Assembly: GCA_036338695.1 (NCBI GenBank)
Contig: JAYZBQ010000018.1
Coordinates: forward strand, 924 to 64,923
Length of the DNA: 64,000 nt
Source of the DNA: Myxococcota bacterium
Lineage (GTDB): Bacteria; Myxococcota; UBA4151
Direction: 5' to 3'
The position numbers and the translations under genes were made by a program. Each line of letters starts with the position of its first letter. Positions within the stretch are counted from its first letter, which is position 1. This document shows positions 48,987 through 56,571 of this stretch, piece after piece. Under the pieces are notes generated by a model. The model had not been told where the DNA came from. It worked only from the letters and a program-made list of their open reading frames with translations, and made no database searches.

Positions 48987-49658
48987 TTACCGAGGCAGCG
49001 CCGCCTCAATGGCGCTCACGATCCGCTCATCTTCAGGCTCAACCCGTGACGCAAAGCGGCCCACAGGGACGCCATCTGGACGCAGCAGAAACTTCTCAAA
49101 GTTCCAGCCGATGTCCCCGCGCATCGCCTCAGGCGACTCCTCGGTGAGAAACGTGTACAAGGGGTGTCGGTTCTCGCCGTTGACCTCGATCTTGCTCATC
49201 ATCTGGAAGGTGACGCCATAGTTCACGCGGCAGAAGTCTGCGATGTCTTTGTCCGACCCAGGGTCCTGGTTCATGAACTGGTTGCAAGGAAAGCCGATGA
49301 TCGCCAGACCACGGTCCTTGAAGCGCTCGTGCAGGCGCTGCAGCCCGTCGAACTGCCCGGTGTAGCCGCAGCGACTCGCCGTGTTGACGATCAAGATCGC
49401 TTGGCCGGCGAACTCGCCCATCGTGGTGGCGCGGCCCTCGATCGTCTCCACCGCGATACCCCAAACCCCATCGCTCGGGACCGCGTTGTTACCCCCTTGA
49501 TCTGATGGGTTCGATGGACTCGCCATCGGTCCCGCATCCACGACCACGACAGGGTTCGTACACGCCAAACCAAAAAACGCACAAAGCGACCAAGTCGCTA
49601 CTTTGACCATCTTGCCCATCTGCGACACCTTCCGCGCACCCAAGCGCACCCTTATCAT
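48987..49658 (-). CDS. Cys-type glutathione peroxidase with lipoprotein-like leader; start may be a downstream ATG
   Basis: VNTASRCGYT, GFPCNQF, WNFEKFL; FFGLAC lipobox. Confidence 0.93.
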   Translation of the reverse strand: MIRVRLGARKVSQMGKMVKVATWSLCAFFGLACTNPVVVVDAGPMASPSNPSDQGGNNAVPSDGVWGIAVETIEGRATTMGEFAGQAILIVNTASRCGYTGQFDGLQRLHERFKDRGLAIIGFPCNQFMNQDPGSDKDIADFCRVNYGVTFQMMSKIEVNGENRHPLYTFLTEESPEAMRGDIGWNFEKFLLRPDGVPVGRFASRVEPEDERIVSAIEAALPR

Positions 49659-50491
49659 TCCAAATCGAATGGAGAATTCAAGTGTCCAGTGAATAAATTA
49701 TGACCGCAACGGTGGCAAAACGAAGCCGAGCCGGGATGTTCAAGCAGGCCACACTCACCACAACGATTGATCTGCGTTTCGCCCGAAACGCCCAGGGCGA
49801 GTTCTGCAGAGACGAGCGCCGTTGGGACGATGATGAGGCAGTAACCCAACATCATGAGGATGCCGGCGATGAACTGACCGAGCGCCGTGATCGGCGTAAT
49901 GTCACCGAAGCCGACGGTTGAGATCGTCACGACAGCCCAGTAGATCCCGCGCGGCACGGAGGTGAAACCTGCTTTGGGTCCCTCGACGACGTACATAACG
50001 GCTCCGACGATCACGACGACGTTGAGCAAAAGGACGATGAACACCATGATCTTGGGCAGCGCAGCGCGCAGCGCACGCGCCAACATCGTCTCCTCTGCCA
50101 GGTACGCGCGCAGATTAAAGACATTGAAGATTCGGATCAAACGGATCGCACGCACGACCATGAGGCTCTGCACGCCCGGCACGAAGAAGCTGATGTAGGT
50201 GGGTAAGATCGACAGCAGATCGACGACCCCAAAGAAGCTGGTGACGTACCGCTTGCGGTCTTTTGCCGACCAGATCCTCAGCAGGTACTCCACGCTGAAG
50301 ATAAGGGTAAACGCCCACTCCAAGCCGTAAAACAGCTCCCCGTAGCGTTCTTGAATGGGACGGACCGACTCGAGCAGCGCCACCAAAACGGAGCCGAGGA
50401 TCGCGACCAACAAGCCGACATCGAACAGCCAACCTGAACGGGTATCGATCCCAAAGATGATGCGCCCTGTGCGCTCACGCAGCGTACTCAT
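49655..50491 (-). CDS. 6-TM voltage-gated-type potassium channel with C-terminal zinc ribbon
   Basis: Filter TVGFGD, S4-like RAIRLIRIF, CGECG..FCHRCG. Confidence 0.92.
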   Translation of the reverse strand: MSTLRERTGRIIFGIDTRSGWLFDVGLLVAILGSVLVALLESVRPIQERYGELFYGLEWAFTLIFSVEYLLRIWSAKDRKRYVTSFFGVVDLLSILPTYISFFVPGVQSLMVVRAIRLIRIFNVFNLRAYLAEETMLARALRAALPKIMVFIVLLLNVVVIVGAVMYVVEGPKAGFTSVPRGIYWAVVTISTVGFGDITPITALGQFIAGILMMLGYCLIIVPTALVSAELALGVSGETQINRCGECGLLEHPGSASFCHRCGHNLFTGHLNSPFDLE

Positions 50492-50530
50492 GACGCAAGC
50501 TTAGAGGGCACCGCCCTAGGCGTCAGCTTT

Positions 50531-51574
50531 TTAGCGAACCCAGAGCGTCAAGCTCGAGAAGTCCGCGCCGATCTCACCCACGCCAAACTGGTGCATCCCC
50601 CAGACCGACTGGGCGATCTCAGGCTCGTCGGGGTGACCATGGATGATAAAGCCTGCGCCGCCGCTCCATCCGTCGCAGCCGAACTTTCCGCGCGCCGCAG
50701 CCCAGTTCCAGGCTTCCGTCCGGTGCCACAGCTGCGCGTCGCAAACCTGAGCCTCACCGCCGACATCGCGCCAGACAAAGCCGTCGCCATCGAAGACCTC
50801 AAAGATCGGTAGCGGATCAAACGCCGCGCCATGAATGCTCGTGTAAAACGGGGAGTACACCACCTGTCCGGCGAAGGTCCCGCGCAGCGCGAAGACGTAC
50901 TCGAGGTCCTGACCGTCGGGATCGTCTTGGAGCAGGCTGGCGATGCGAAGCCCCCAGGCCTCGGCACCACCGGGGGTGCCGTGGTCTGACCGAAAGGCGT
51001 CCCACATGTGGTCGCCTTGGTTGAGCTGTGCCATCGGGGTCCAGCCGCCGCCGTCTAAACCCATCTCGCAGTTGATGCGCACGGGCTGAGCATCACCCGC
51101 CCCGTCGAGATCGATCCAGTAGTTGTCCGTCGGCAGGCGCGGGTAATCCCGCTTGAGGTGACGGCAGCTCAGGGCGGCTGCCTCGGGCGTACTCCCGTCG
51201 TACTCGCCGACACGACGACATGCAGCCGAGCAGTCAGCGCCGCTGTTGAGCTCGCCCAGATCGCAGTCCTCTGTTTTGACCCTGCGGATCCCGTCACCGC
51301 AGCGTGCGGCCGTGCAGTCAGCTCGGCAAGCGTCGGTCTCGACCTCATTGCCGTCATCGCAACCCTCGTCCGCCTCGGTCACGCCGTTCCCGCAGATCGG
51401 TCCGGCGTCGGGCGCGACGCCCGCATCGAAAGCCCCTGCGTCAGGGCGAGCGAGCCGCACGCAGTCACCCTCCATCGTGCAGACCTGACCTGCCGGGCAC
51501 GGCACGGTCGGGCAGCGCTCATCGGGCTGCGCCATGGGGCATCCGAACAGGAGAATGAGAGGAAGAAGTCGCAT
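50531..51574 (-). CDS. Lipoprotein with two Cys-rich DUF4215-type repeats and fibrinogen-like (YCDxxxxGGGW-type) domain
   Basis: ATG 51574, LFGC lipobox; SC..LK..YWID.DG..CEM..DGGGWT. Confidence 0.85.
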   Translation of the reverse strand: MRLLPLILLFGCPMAQPDERCPTVPCPAGQVCTMEGDCVRLARPDAGAFDAGVAPDAGPICGNGVTEADEGCDDGNEVETDACRADCTAARCGDGIRRVKTEDCDLGELNSGADCSAACRRVGEYDGSTPEAAALSCRHLKRDYPRLPTDNYWIDLDGAGDAQPVRINCEMGLDGGGWTPMAQLNQGDHMWDAFRSDHGTPGGAEAWGLRIASLLQDDPDGQDLEYVFALRGTFAGQVVYSPFYTSIHGAAFDPLPIFEVFDGDGFVWRDVGGEAQVCDAQLWHRTEAWNWAAARGKFGCDGWSGGAGFIIHGHPDEPEIAQSVWGMHQFGVGEIGADFSSLTLWVR

Positions 51575-51624
51575 CGCCACAGTGAGCCACGCCCGAGCGC
51601 GAGCCGCAACGCCTGGCAAACCGC

Positions 51625-52773
51625 TCATCCTCGACGGCTCCCCTCGTACAGCTCGAAGACGACGATACGCGCATCGAGCTTGGCGAAGCGCACGGGCAGG
51701 CGCAGGTTCGGCCGCAGCCCCACGGCGCCGACCAGCTTGTTGTTGCCCAGGATCATCGCCGCTCGATGCCCGGCGAACGCCGACTTGAGGTGGTCGCCCA
51801 GCCCCTTCACGAGCGCCTCCGCTCGCCCCTGCTCCGAGAGCCGCTGCCCGTAGGGCGGGTTTGCGACCAAAAGACACGTCGGCTCAAGCGGGCTTCGCTC
51901 CCTAAAGTCCCCTTGGTTCCAGCGGATCGAGTCCGCCACGCCACCACGCTCGGCGTTTCGACGCGCCACCGCAACCATGGCGGTGTCGCGGTCTGATCCC
52001 ACGATGCGATGAGCCGCTTCAGGGAGCACCAGCGATTCGAGCTCTTCGAGGTACTGAGCGAAACCCCGCTCGTCAAAGCCGGCGCGTTGCTGGAAGGCGA
52101 AGCGACCCTGCTGAGCCTTACGCAGCCCCGGCGGGATGCGCTGAGCGATCTGCGCCCCCTCAATCACGAGCGTACCGGCGCCACACATCGGGTCCAAGAG
52201 CCCCTCGGAGCCATCAAATCCGGCTGCGAGCAAGACCGCCGCTGCGAGGGTCTCGCGCAGCGGCGCCTCCCCTGCCTCACGGCGATAGCCACGCTGATGC
52301 AGCGCGTGACCCGATGCGTCCCAACTCAGCGACAGGCGGTCTTTGTACAGCCGGGCACGGATCCAGACGTCCGGTCGTTTCGGGTCGACGCTCGGACGAT
52401 CACCGCGCGCCTTGCGGAGGCGGTCGACGATGGCGTCCTTGATCTTTTGGCTGACAAAGACGCGGTGGTTCAGCTTGCTGGCGCCGACGCTGGCGTCGAT
52501 CGCAAAGGTCTTACCGCGCGGCAGATAGCGGGACCAATCCACCTTGGCGGCGGTCTTGTAGACCGACTCGGGATCCCCGCCTGGACCGCTGCTGATCGGG
52601 ACCAGCACGCGCTCGGCAAGGCGGCTCTCGACGTTGGCTCGCCAAAGAATGTTGGCCGCGCCGGTCGCCTCGACCCCACGAGACGCTACCCGTGCGTGGG
52701 TCGCACCGAGTCGCCGGAGCTCCTCGGCGAGCAACCCCTCAACACCTGGTGCGCAGGTCACAAAGAGCTTCAT
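51625..52773 (-). CDS. rlmL: THUMP-domain rRNA methyltransferase, RlmL-like (23S m2G2445)
   Basis: TCAPGVE, IKDAIVD, LHQRGYR..APLRETLAA, DPMCGAGT, NPPYG. Confidence 0.85.
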   Translation of the reverse strand: MKLFVTCAPGVEGLLAEELRRLGATHARVASRGVEATGAANILWRANVESRLAERVLVPISSGPGGDPESVYKTAAKVDWSRYLPRGKTFAIDASVGASKLNHRVFVSQKIKDAIVDRLRKARGDRPSVDPKRPDVWIRARLYKDRLSLSWDASGHALHQRGYRREAGEAPLRETLAAAVLLAAGFDGSEGLLDPMCGAGTLVIEGAQIAQRIPPGLRKAQQGRFAFQQRAGFDERGFAQYLEELESLVLPEAAHRIVGSDRDTAMVAVARRNAERGGVADSIRWNQGDFRERSPLEPTCLLVANPPYGQRLSEQGRAEALVKGLGDHLKSAFAGHRAAMILGNNKLVGAVGLRPNLRLPVRFAKLDARIVVFELYEGSRRG

Positions 52774-53705
52774 CGACGCACCAAGCGCCACAGCTTGTGG
52801 ACCCGCCGATCGCGAAAATCACGTGGGATGGAGAGCTCGGTGCGATCTTCGATCATCCAGCCAGCGTCGAGGCTATCAGCGAGCTCAAAACGTCGATGAT
52901 TCGTCGAGAAGTAGAGCACGCCGCCAGGCTTGAGGCAGGCGCTCAGCGCGCCGATCATCGCCGCGTGATCGCGCTGGACGTCAAAGGTCTGCTCCATGGA
53001 CTTGCTGTTTGAGAAGGTCGGCGGGTCGAGCACGACCAGATCAAAATGCCCACGCGGCGCTTGGTCGATGTACTTAAGGCAGTCGGCGCGCAGCACCTGG
53101 TGCCGGACACCCGCCGTGACGCCGTTGAGCTCGAGGTTACGCCGCGTCCAATCGAGGTAGGTCTTGGAGAGGTCGACGCTCACCGTCTCGAGCGCCTCAC
53201 CCGCAGCCGCGTGCACCGTGAACGCACCCGTATAACAAAACAGGTTGAGCACCCGGCGGCCCGCCGCCTCTGCGCCGACCCATGCTCGCGCAGGGCGGTG
53301 ATCGAGAAACAGGCCCGTGTCGAGGTAGTCGCCAAGGTTCACCTCGAACTGAAGCCCACCCTCACGAACCCGCCGAACCGCTGAGCCCACCTTGAGCGCT
53401 TGATACTGATCCTCACCGCGCTGGCGGCGACGGCTCTTTAGGTAACAGTCGTCGGCGCCCACCTCGAGCGCCTCGCCTAAGCCCAGCAGGAGCGCTCGAG
53501 CATCCTCGAAGACGAGGGGGCGCTTTCGCTCATAGACCGAGGCGTGCAGGGCGCCGTCGTACCAATCGATCGCAAGCGGCAGCTCCGGAATGTCACGGTC
53601 GTAGAGCCGATAACAAGCGACCTGCTCGCGCCGAAGCCACGCCTTGAGCTGGCGCCGGTTCTTGCGGACACGGTTGACAAGCATCGACACCAAGCTGTCG
53701 GTCAT
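52770..53705 (-). CDS. rlmK: Stand-alone RlmK-like methyltransferase (23S m7G2069)
   Basis: NRVRKN..CYRLYDRDIPE, YLDTGLFLDHR, NLFCYTG, DPPTFSNSK..FDVQRDH. Confidence 0.85.
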   Translation of the reverse strand: MTDSLVSMLVNRVRKNRRQLKAWLRREQVACYRLYDRDIPELPLAIDWYDGALHASVYERKRPLVFEDARALLLGLGEALEVGADDCYLKSRRRQRGEDQYQALKVGSAVRRVREGGLQFEVNLGDYLDTGLFLDHRPARAWVGAEAAGRRVLNLFCYTGAFTVHAAAGEALETVSVDLSKTYLDWTRRNLELNGVTAGVRHQVLRADCLKYIDQAPRGHFDLVVLDPPTFSNSKSMEQTFDVQRDHAAMIGALSACLKPGGVLYFSTNHRRFELADSLDAGWMIEDRTELSIPRDFRDRRVHKLWRLVRR

Positions 53706-53845
53706 AACCTGCGCTCCTGAACTCTTAGACCGTCATAGGAGAAATTTTGAGAAATGGGGTCACTTTGTGCGCTTTAGGGGTTGGCCGCGCAAACCACCTG
53801 TGTTAACTCCCCTCTTGGCCGCGAGGTCACGAAAGGGGGGTGTCG

Positions 53846-54004
53846 ATGCGATTTGAGGAACTTCAAGCGGTACTAACCACGGATGAGCTGCTCGCCTTTG
53901 GGCTGATGCCGATCCCCGTCGCGCTGCCGGCGAACGACCCGAGCTGCGACCTCCAGCACCGCATTGAGGAGCTCCCAACCGCCGACCTAAGCCCCGCGCT
54001 CTAG
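53846..54004 (+). CDS. Small acidic hypothetical protein (52 aa, below ORF-track cutoff)
   Basis: AAAGGGGGG RBS then MRFEELQAVLTTDELLAFGLMPIPVALPANDPSCDLQHRIEELPTADLSPAL*; stop shares CTAG with the sufE stop. Confidence 0.55.
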   Translation: MRFEELQAVLTTDELLAFGLMPIPVALPANDPSCDLQHRIEELPTADLSPAL

Positions 54005-54405
54005 GCGAACTGCGCCGCCGACTCCTTCATCACGCCGATCATCGAATAGAACCCGTTGCGGCGGTTGGGCGAGAGATTGCTCGACAGACCGAGCTCGGCG
54101 AACGCCTGCTCGAGATCATAGGCGAGCACCTCGCTCGGCTCCTTGCCCTGCAGGGCGAGAAAAAGCACTGCGATCAAGCCCCGCACGATGGCCGCGTCGC
54201 TGTCGCCTTGGTAGCGCATCACTCCGCCGTCGAGTTCGGCTCGAACCCAGACCTGGCTCATGCAGCCGGTCACTTTGTAGCGATCGTCATGCAGGCCTTC
54301 CGGGGCGGCGGGCAGCGCCTTGCCGAGGTCGATGATCACGGCGTAGCGATCCATCCAATCGGGAAGGAACTCGAAGGTCTCACGCAGCTCGTCAAAAGTC
54401 TTCAT
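54001..54405 (-). CDS. sufE: Fe-S cluster sulfur acceptor SufE family
   Basis: W.DRY..IIDLG, VTGCMSQVW, DSDAAIVRG, LSPNRRNG; ATG 54405 after GGGGAG. Confidence 0.95.
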   Translation of the reverse strand: MKTFDELRETFEFLPDWMDRYAVIIDLGKALPAAPEGLHDDRYKVTGCMSQVWVRAELDGGVMRYQGDSDAAIVRGLIAVLFLALQGKEPSEVLAYDLEQAFAELGLSSNLSPNRRNGFYSMIGVMKESAAQFA

Positions 54406-54488
54406 ACTCCCCTTCATCACGGGTGCGCCATGCGAACAAGCAAAACCCATCGGTTGCGCGGCGCCCAAACTCCAGACACTCTCACACC

Positions 54489-54923
54489 ATGAACGCTTCC
54501 CGGCTCGCCCTCCTCGCCCTCGTCACGACCGCCTGCGGCGGTGACCTCATTGCGCAGGCTCACGCACAGTGCGCCGCCGAGCCAGCGCACTGCGCCGACA
54601 AGACGGCGAGCGGAACCCTCTACCTCGACACAGGCAACCTCCCGAGCGTCTCTGGCGCCGTGGATCGCATCGTGCTCTGCGCCACCCCGGTGGACAGCGT
54701 CTGTGCGTCGGAGCGTCTCGAGGTCACGTTTGAAGGCGGACCGCTCGCCGCGGACATCGACCCTGGCGCCGCTGATCAAGGCGGTTGGAAAGTGCGCTTT
54801 GAGGGACTTGCGACGAGCTGGGTAGAGCCCCCCGGTCAGCTGGCGCTCAGCGCCCGGCTGCGGGCGCTTGAGTTCGTCGACGACAGCGGTGATGCGCTGA
54901 GCATCTCGCTGGCGGTCGAGTAA
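54489..54923 (+). CDS. Hypothetical lipoprotein
   Basis: MNASRLALLALVTTAC lipobox; terminator follows. Confidence 0.7.
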   Translation: MNASRLALLALVTTACGGDLIAQAHAQCAAEPAHCADKTASGTLYLDTGNLPSVSGAVDRIVLCATPVDSVCASERLEVTFEGGPLAADIDPGAADQGGWKVRFEGLATSWVEPPGQLALSARLRALEFVDDSGDALSISLAVE

Positions 54924-54954
54924 AAGAAAAGCCCGCTCGGTGGCGGGCTCTTCT
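54922..54954. terminator. Bidirectional intrinsic terminator
   Basis: AAAAGAAAAGCCCGC-TCGGTG-GCGGGCTCTTCT between convergent genes. Confidence 0.8.
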
Positions 54955-54974
54955 CCAGTTTGTCAGCGCTGACT

Positions 54975-56477
54975 TTAGCCGCGAGGCGGGCCCGTGTGGA
55001 CCCCGCAGCGAACGTACCGCCCGGTCACCTCTGCGTCGAACCCGGTCGCCGTGAGGCGCAGGTAATAGGTCCCCGCAGCCTGCCCTTGCACGTTGCGGAT
55101 ATACAGACCTTCGTCGGTCTCGTTGGCGCCCTCGATCACCTGATCGTCCTCGTCTCGAATCTCGGCGCGCAAACCCTGGACGCCCGAGCCGCTCGACGCG
55201 GAGCCGCACGCCACGGTGATGTTGTTGCCTTGGGCGAGGTCAAAGCTGAAGTAGTCGACGTCATCCTCCGAGAGTTGAGCCAGGATGAAGTAGCGCGTGG
55301 CGTTGCCATCGGCGCTCGCCTCGAGCGCCTCGGCGGTTCCTGCCACGCCGTTCGTCTCGTCCTCGGTCTCGACTGGGTTGTCGCCGTACAGGTTGAACTT
55401 GATCACGTAGAAGTCGTTGCTGCCTACGGCGTTGCCACTGTGCGCCACGTGCAGGTGGTAATCACCGAGCGCCAGTCCGCCCGGGCCGACCTCGTCCGTC
55501 TTGCCTGCGTGGCTGATGCGCGAGATGATGTTGCCTTGCGTATCGGCGACCCACATGCGCGTGCCGTTCGCCGTCGAGCCGTAACCGTCTGCGCCCAGCG
55601 GCATCAGCTGCGCTGAGAAGTGAGCTTGCTCTTCATCCGTGACGCTAAAGGTGTAGACGTCGACGTCGTCACCGTCTGCCAGATCCGCAAGGATCAACGC
55701 CTTGCTCTCGGTGTCGAGCTCGATCGCTGACTCGGCGTCGTTACCACCCTCTTCACCGTAGACCGCGCCGCCGCCGATGTCTTCGGTGCTCAGGACGTTG
55801 ACGTTGAGCGTGTAGGTGAAGCCGGGCTCGCCCTCAGCGGTCTCACCAGCCCAGGTCGTCCACTCCTCGAGCTTGATGTAGTAGGTTCCGGTGGCGACAG
55901 CCTTGGTGATCAGCTGCGAGTCCGTGTTGCGGCGCGGGTAGGCGTCGTCGTTCTGCGCAACCTGCGTCTGGCTCGGATCGAAAAGCGTGATCACCGTGTC
56001 CACCTTACCGGGGGTGTCCTCCGGGTTGGCGTTGGTGGTGATCGCAAGCCACTGACCGGCTTCCACCTCGAACTTGTACCAGTCCAGATCGCCGGGGGTG
56101 GCGATCACCCCCTCGACGCTGCGACCGTCGATCGCCTGCGCGTCGTCGATCGTGTCGTTGCCGTCCGCCAGGTTCTCGTTGCGGCAGCGCTCGTCGCAGC
56201 CATCACCGGGGAAGGTGTTGCGGTCATCGCATTCCTCATCGCCTTCGACGACACCGTCACCGCAGCGAGCGGCGTCTTCGAGCACGCAGTTGCGGTCGCA
56301 GCCGTCCCGGTTGCACTGTCCGCCGTCGTCACACTCTTCACCCTCTTCGAGGATTCCGTTGCCGCAGACTGCGCCCGAGGCAGGTCCTGCGTCGGTGCCC
56401 CCGCCGGCGTTCGGGTCTTCGACGGCGCAGCCCATGGCGAGCGCCAGGGCAAACAAGCTGATGTGATGGAACTTCAT
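54975..56477 (-). CDS. Lipoprotein with two Cys-rich repeats and PPC-like beta-sandwich domains (paralog 1)
   Basis: AAGGAG RBS; AMGC lipobox; GDLDWYKF, DTVITLF..QNDD, DVDVYTF, DVDYFSF. Confidence 0.85.
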   Translation of the reverse strand: MKFHHISLFALALAMGCAVEDPNAGGGTDAGPASGAVCGNGILEEGEECDDGGQCNRDGCDRNCVLEDAARCGDGVVEGDEECDDRNTFPGDGCDERCRNENLADGNDTIDDAQAIDGRSVEGVIATPGDLDWYKFEVEAGQWLAITTNANPEDTPGKVDTVITLFDPSQTQVAQNDDAYPRRNTDSQLITKAVATGTYYIKLEEWTTWAGETAEGEPGFTYTLNVNVLSTEDIGGGAVYGEEGGNDAESAIELDTESKALILADLADGDDVDVYTFSVTDEEQAHFSAQLMPLGADGYGSTANGTRMWVADTQGNIISRISHAGKTDEVGPGGLALGDYHLHVAHSGNAVGSNDFYVIKFNLYGDNPVETEDETNGVAGTAEALEASADGNATRYFILAQLSEDDVDYFSFDLAQGNNITVACGSASSGSGVQGLRAEIRDEDDQVIEGANETDEGLYIRNVQGQAAGTYYLRLTATGFDAEVTGRYVRCGVHTGPPRG

Positions 56478-56571
56478 GACCAATCTCCTTCGAGTCGTAC
56501 CGAGGGGTTACCACCCTTGACTCGCTCGGCAAGGTCATGGCGCTCGGACGATCGCCTGATAAAGGCTTTCG

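Noticed and set aside
49350..49390. Selenocysteine in the glutathione peroxidase
   Set aside because: Active-site codon is TGC (Cys) in an uninterrupted ORF.
51575..51877. Long N-terminal extension of ORF 50531..51877
   Set aside because: Overlaps rlmL out of frame; ATG 51574 gives a clean lipoprotein signal.
53780..53845. c-di-GMP-I riboswitch or sigma-54 promoter (GCAAACC, TTGGC)
   Set aside because: Remaining consensus elements and spacing do not fit.
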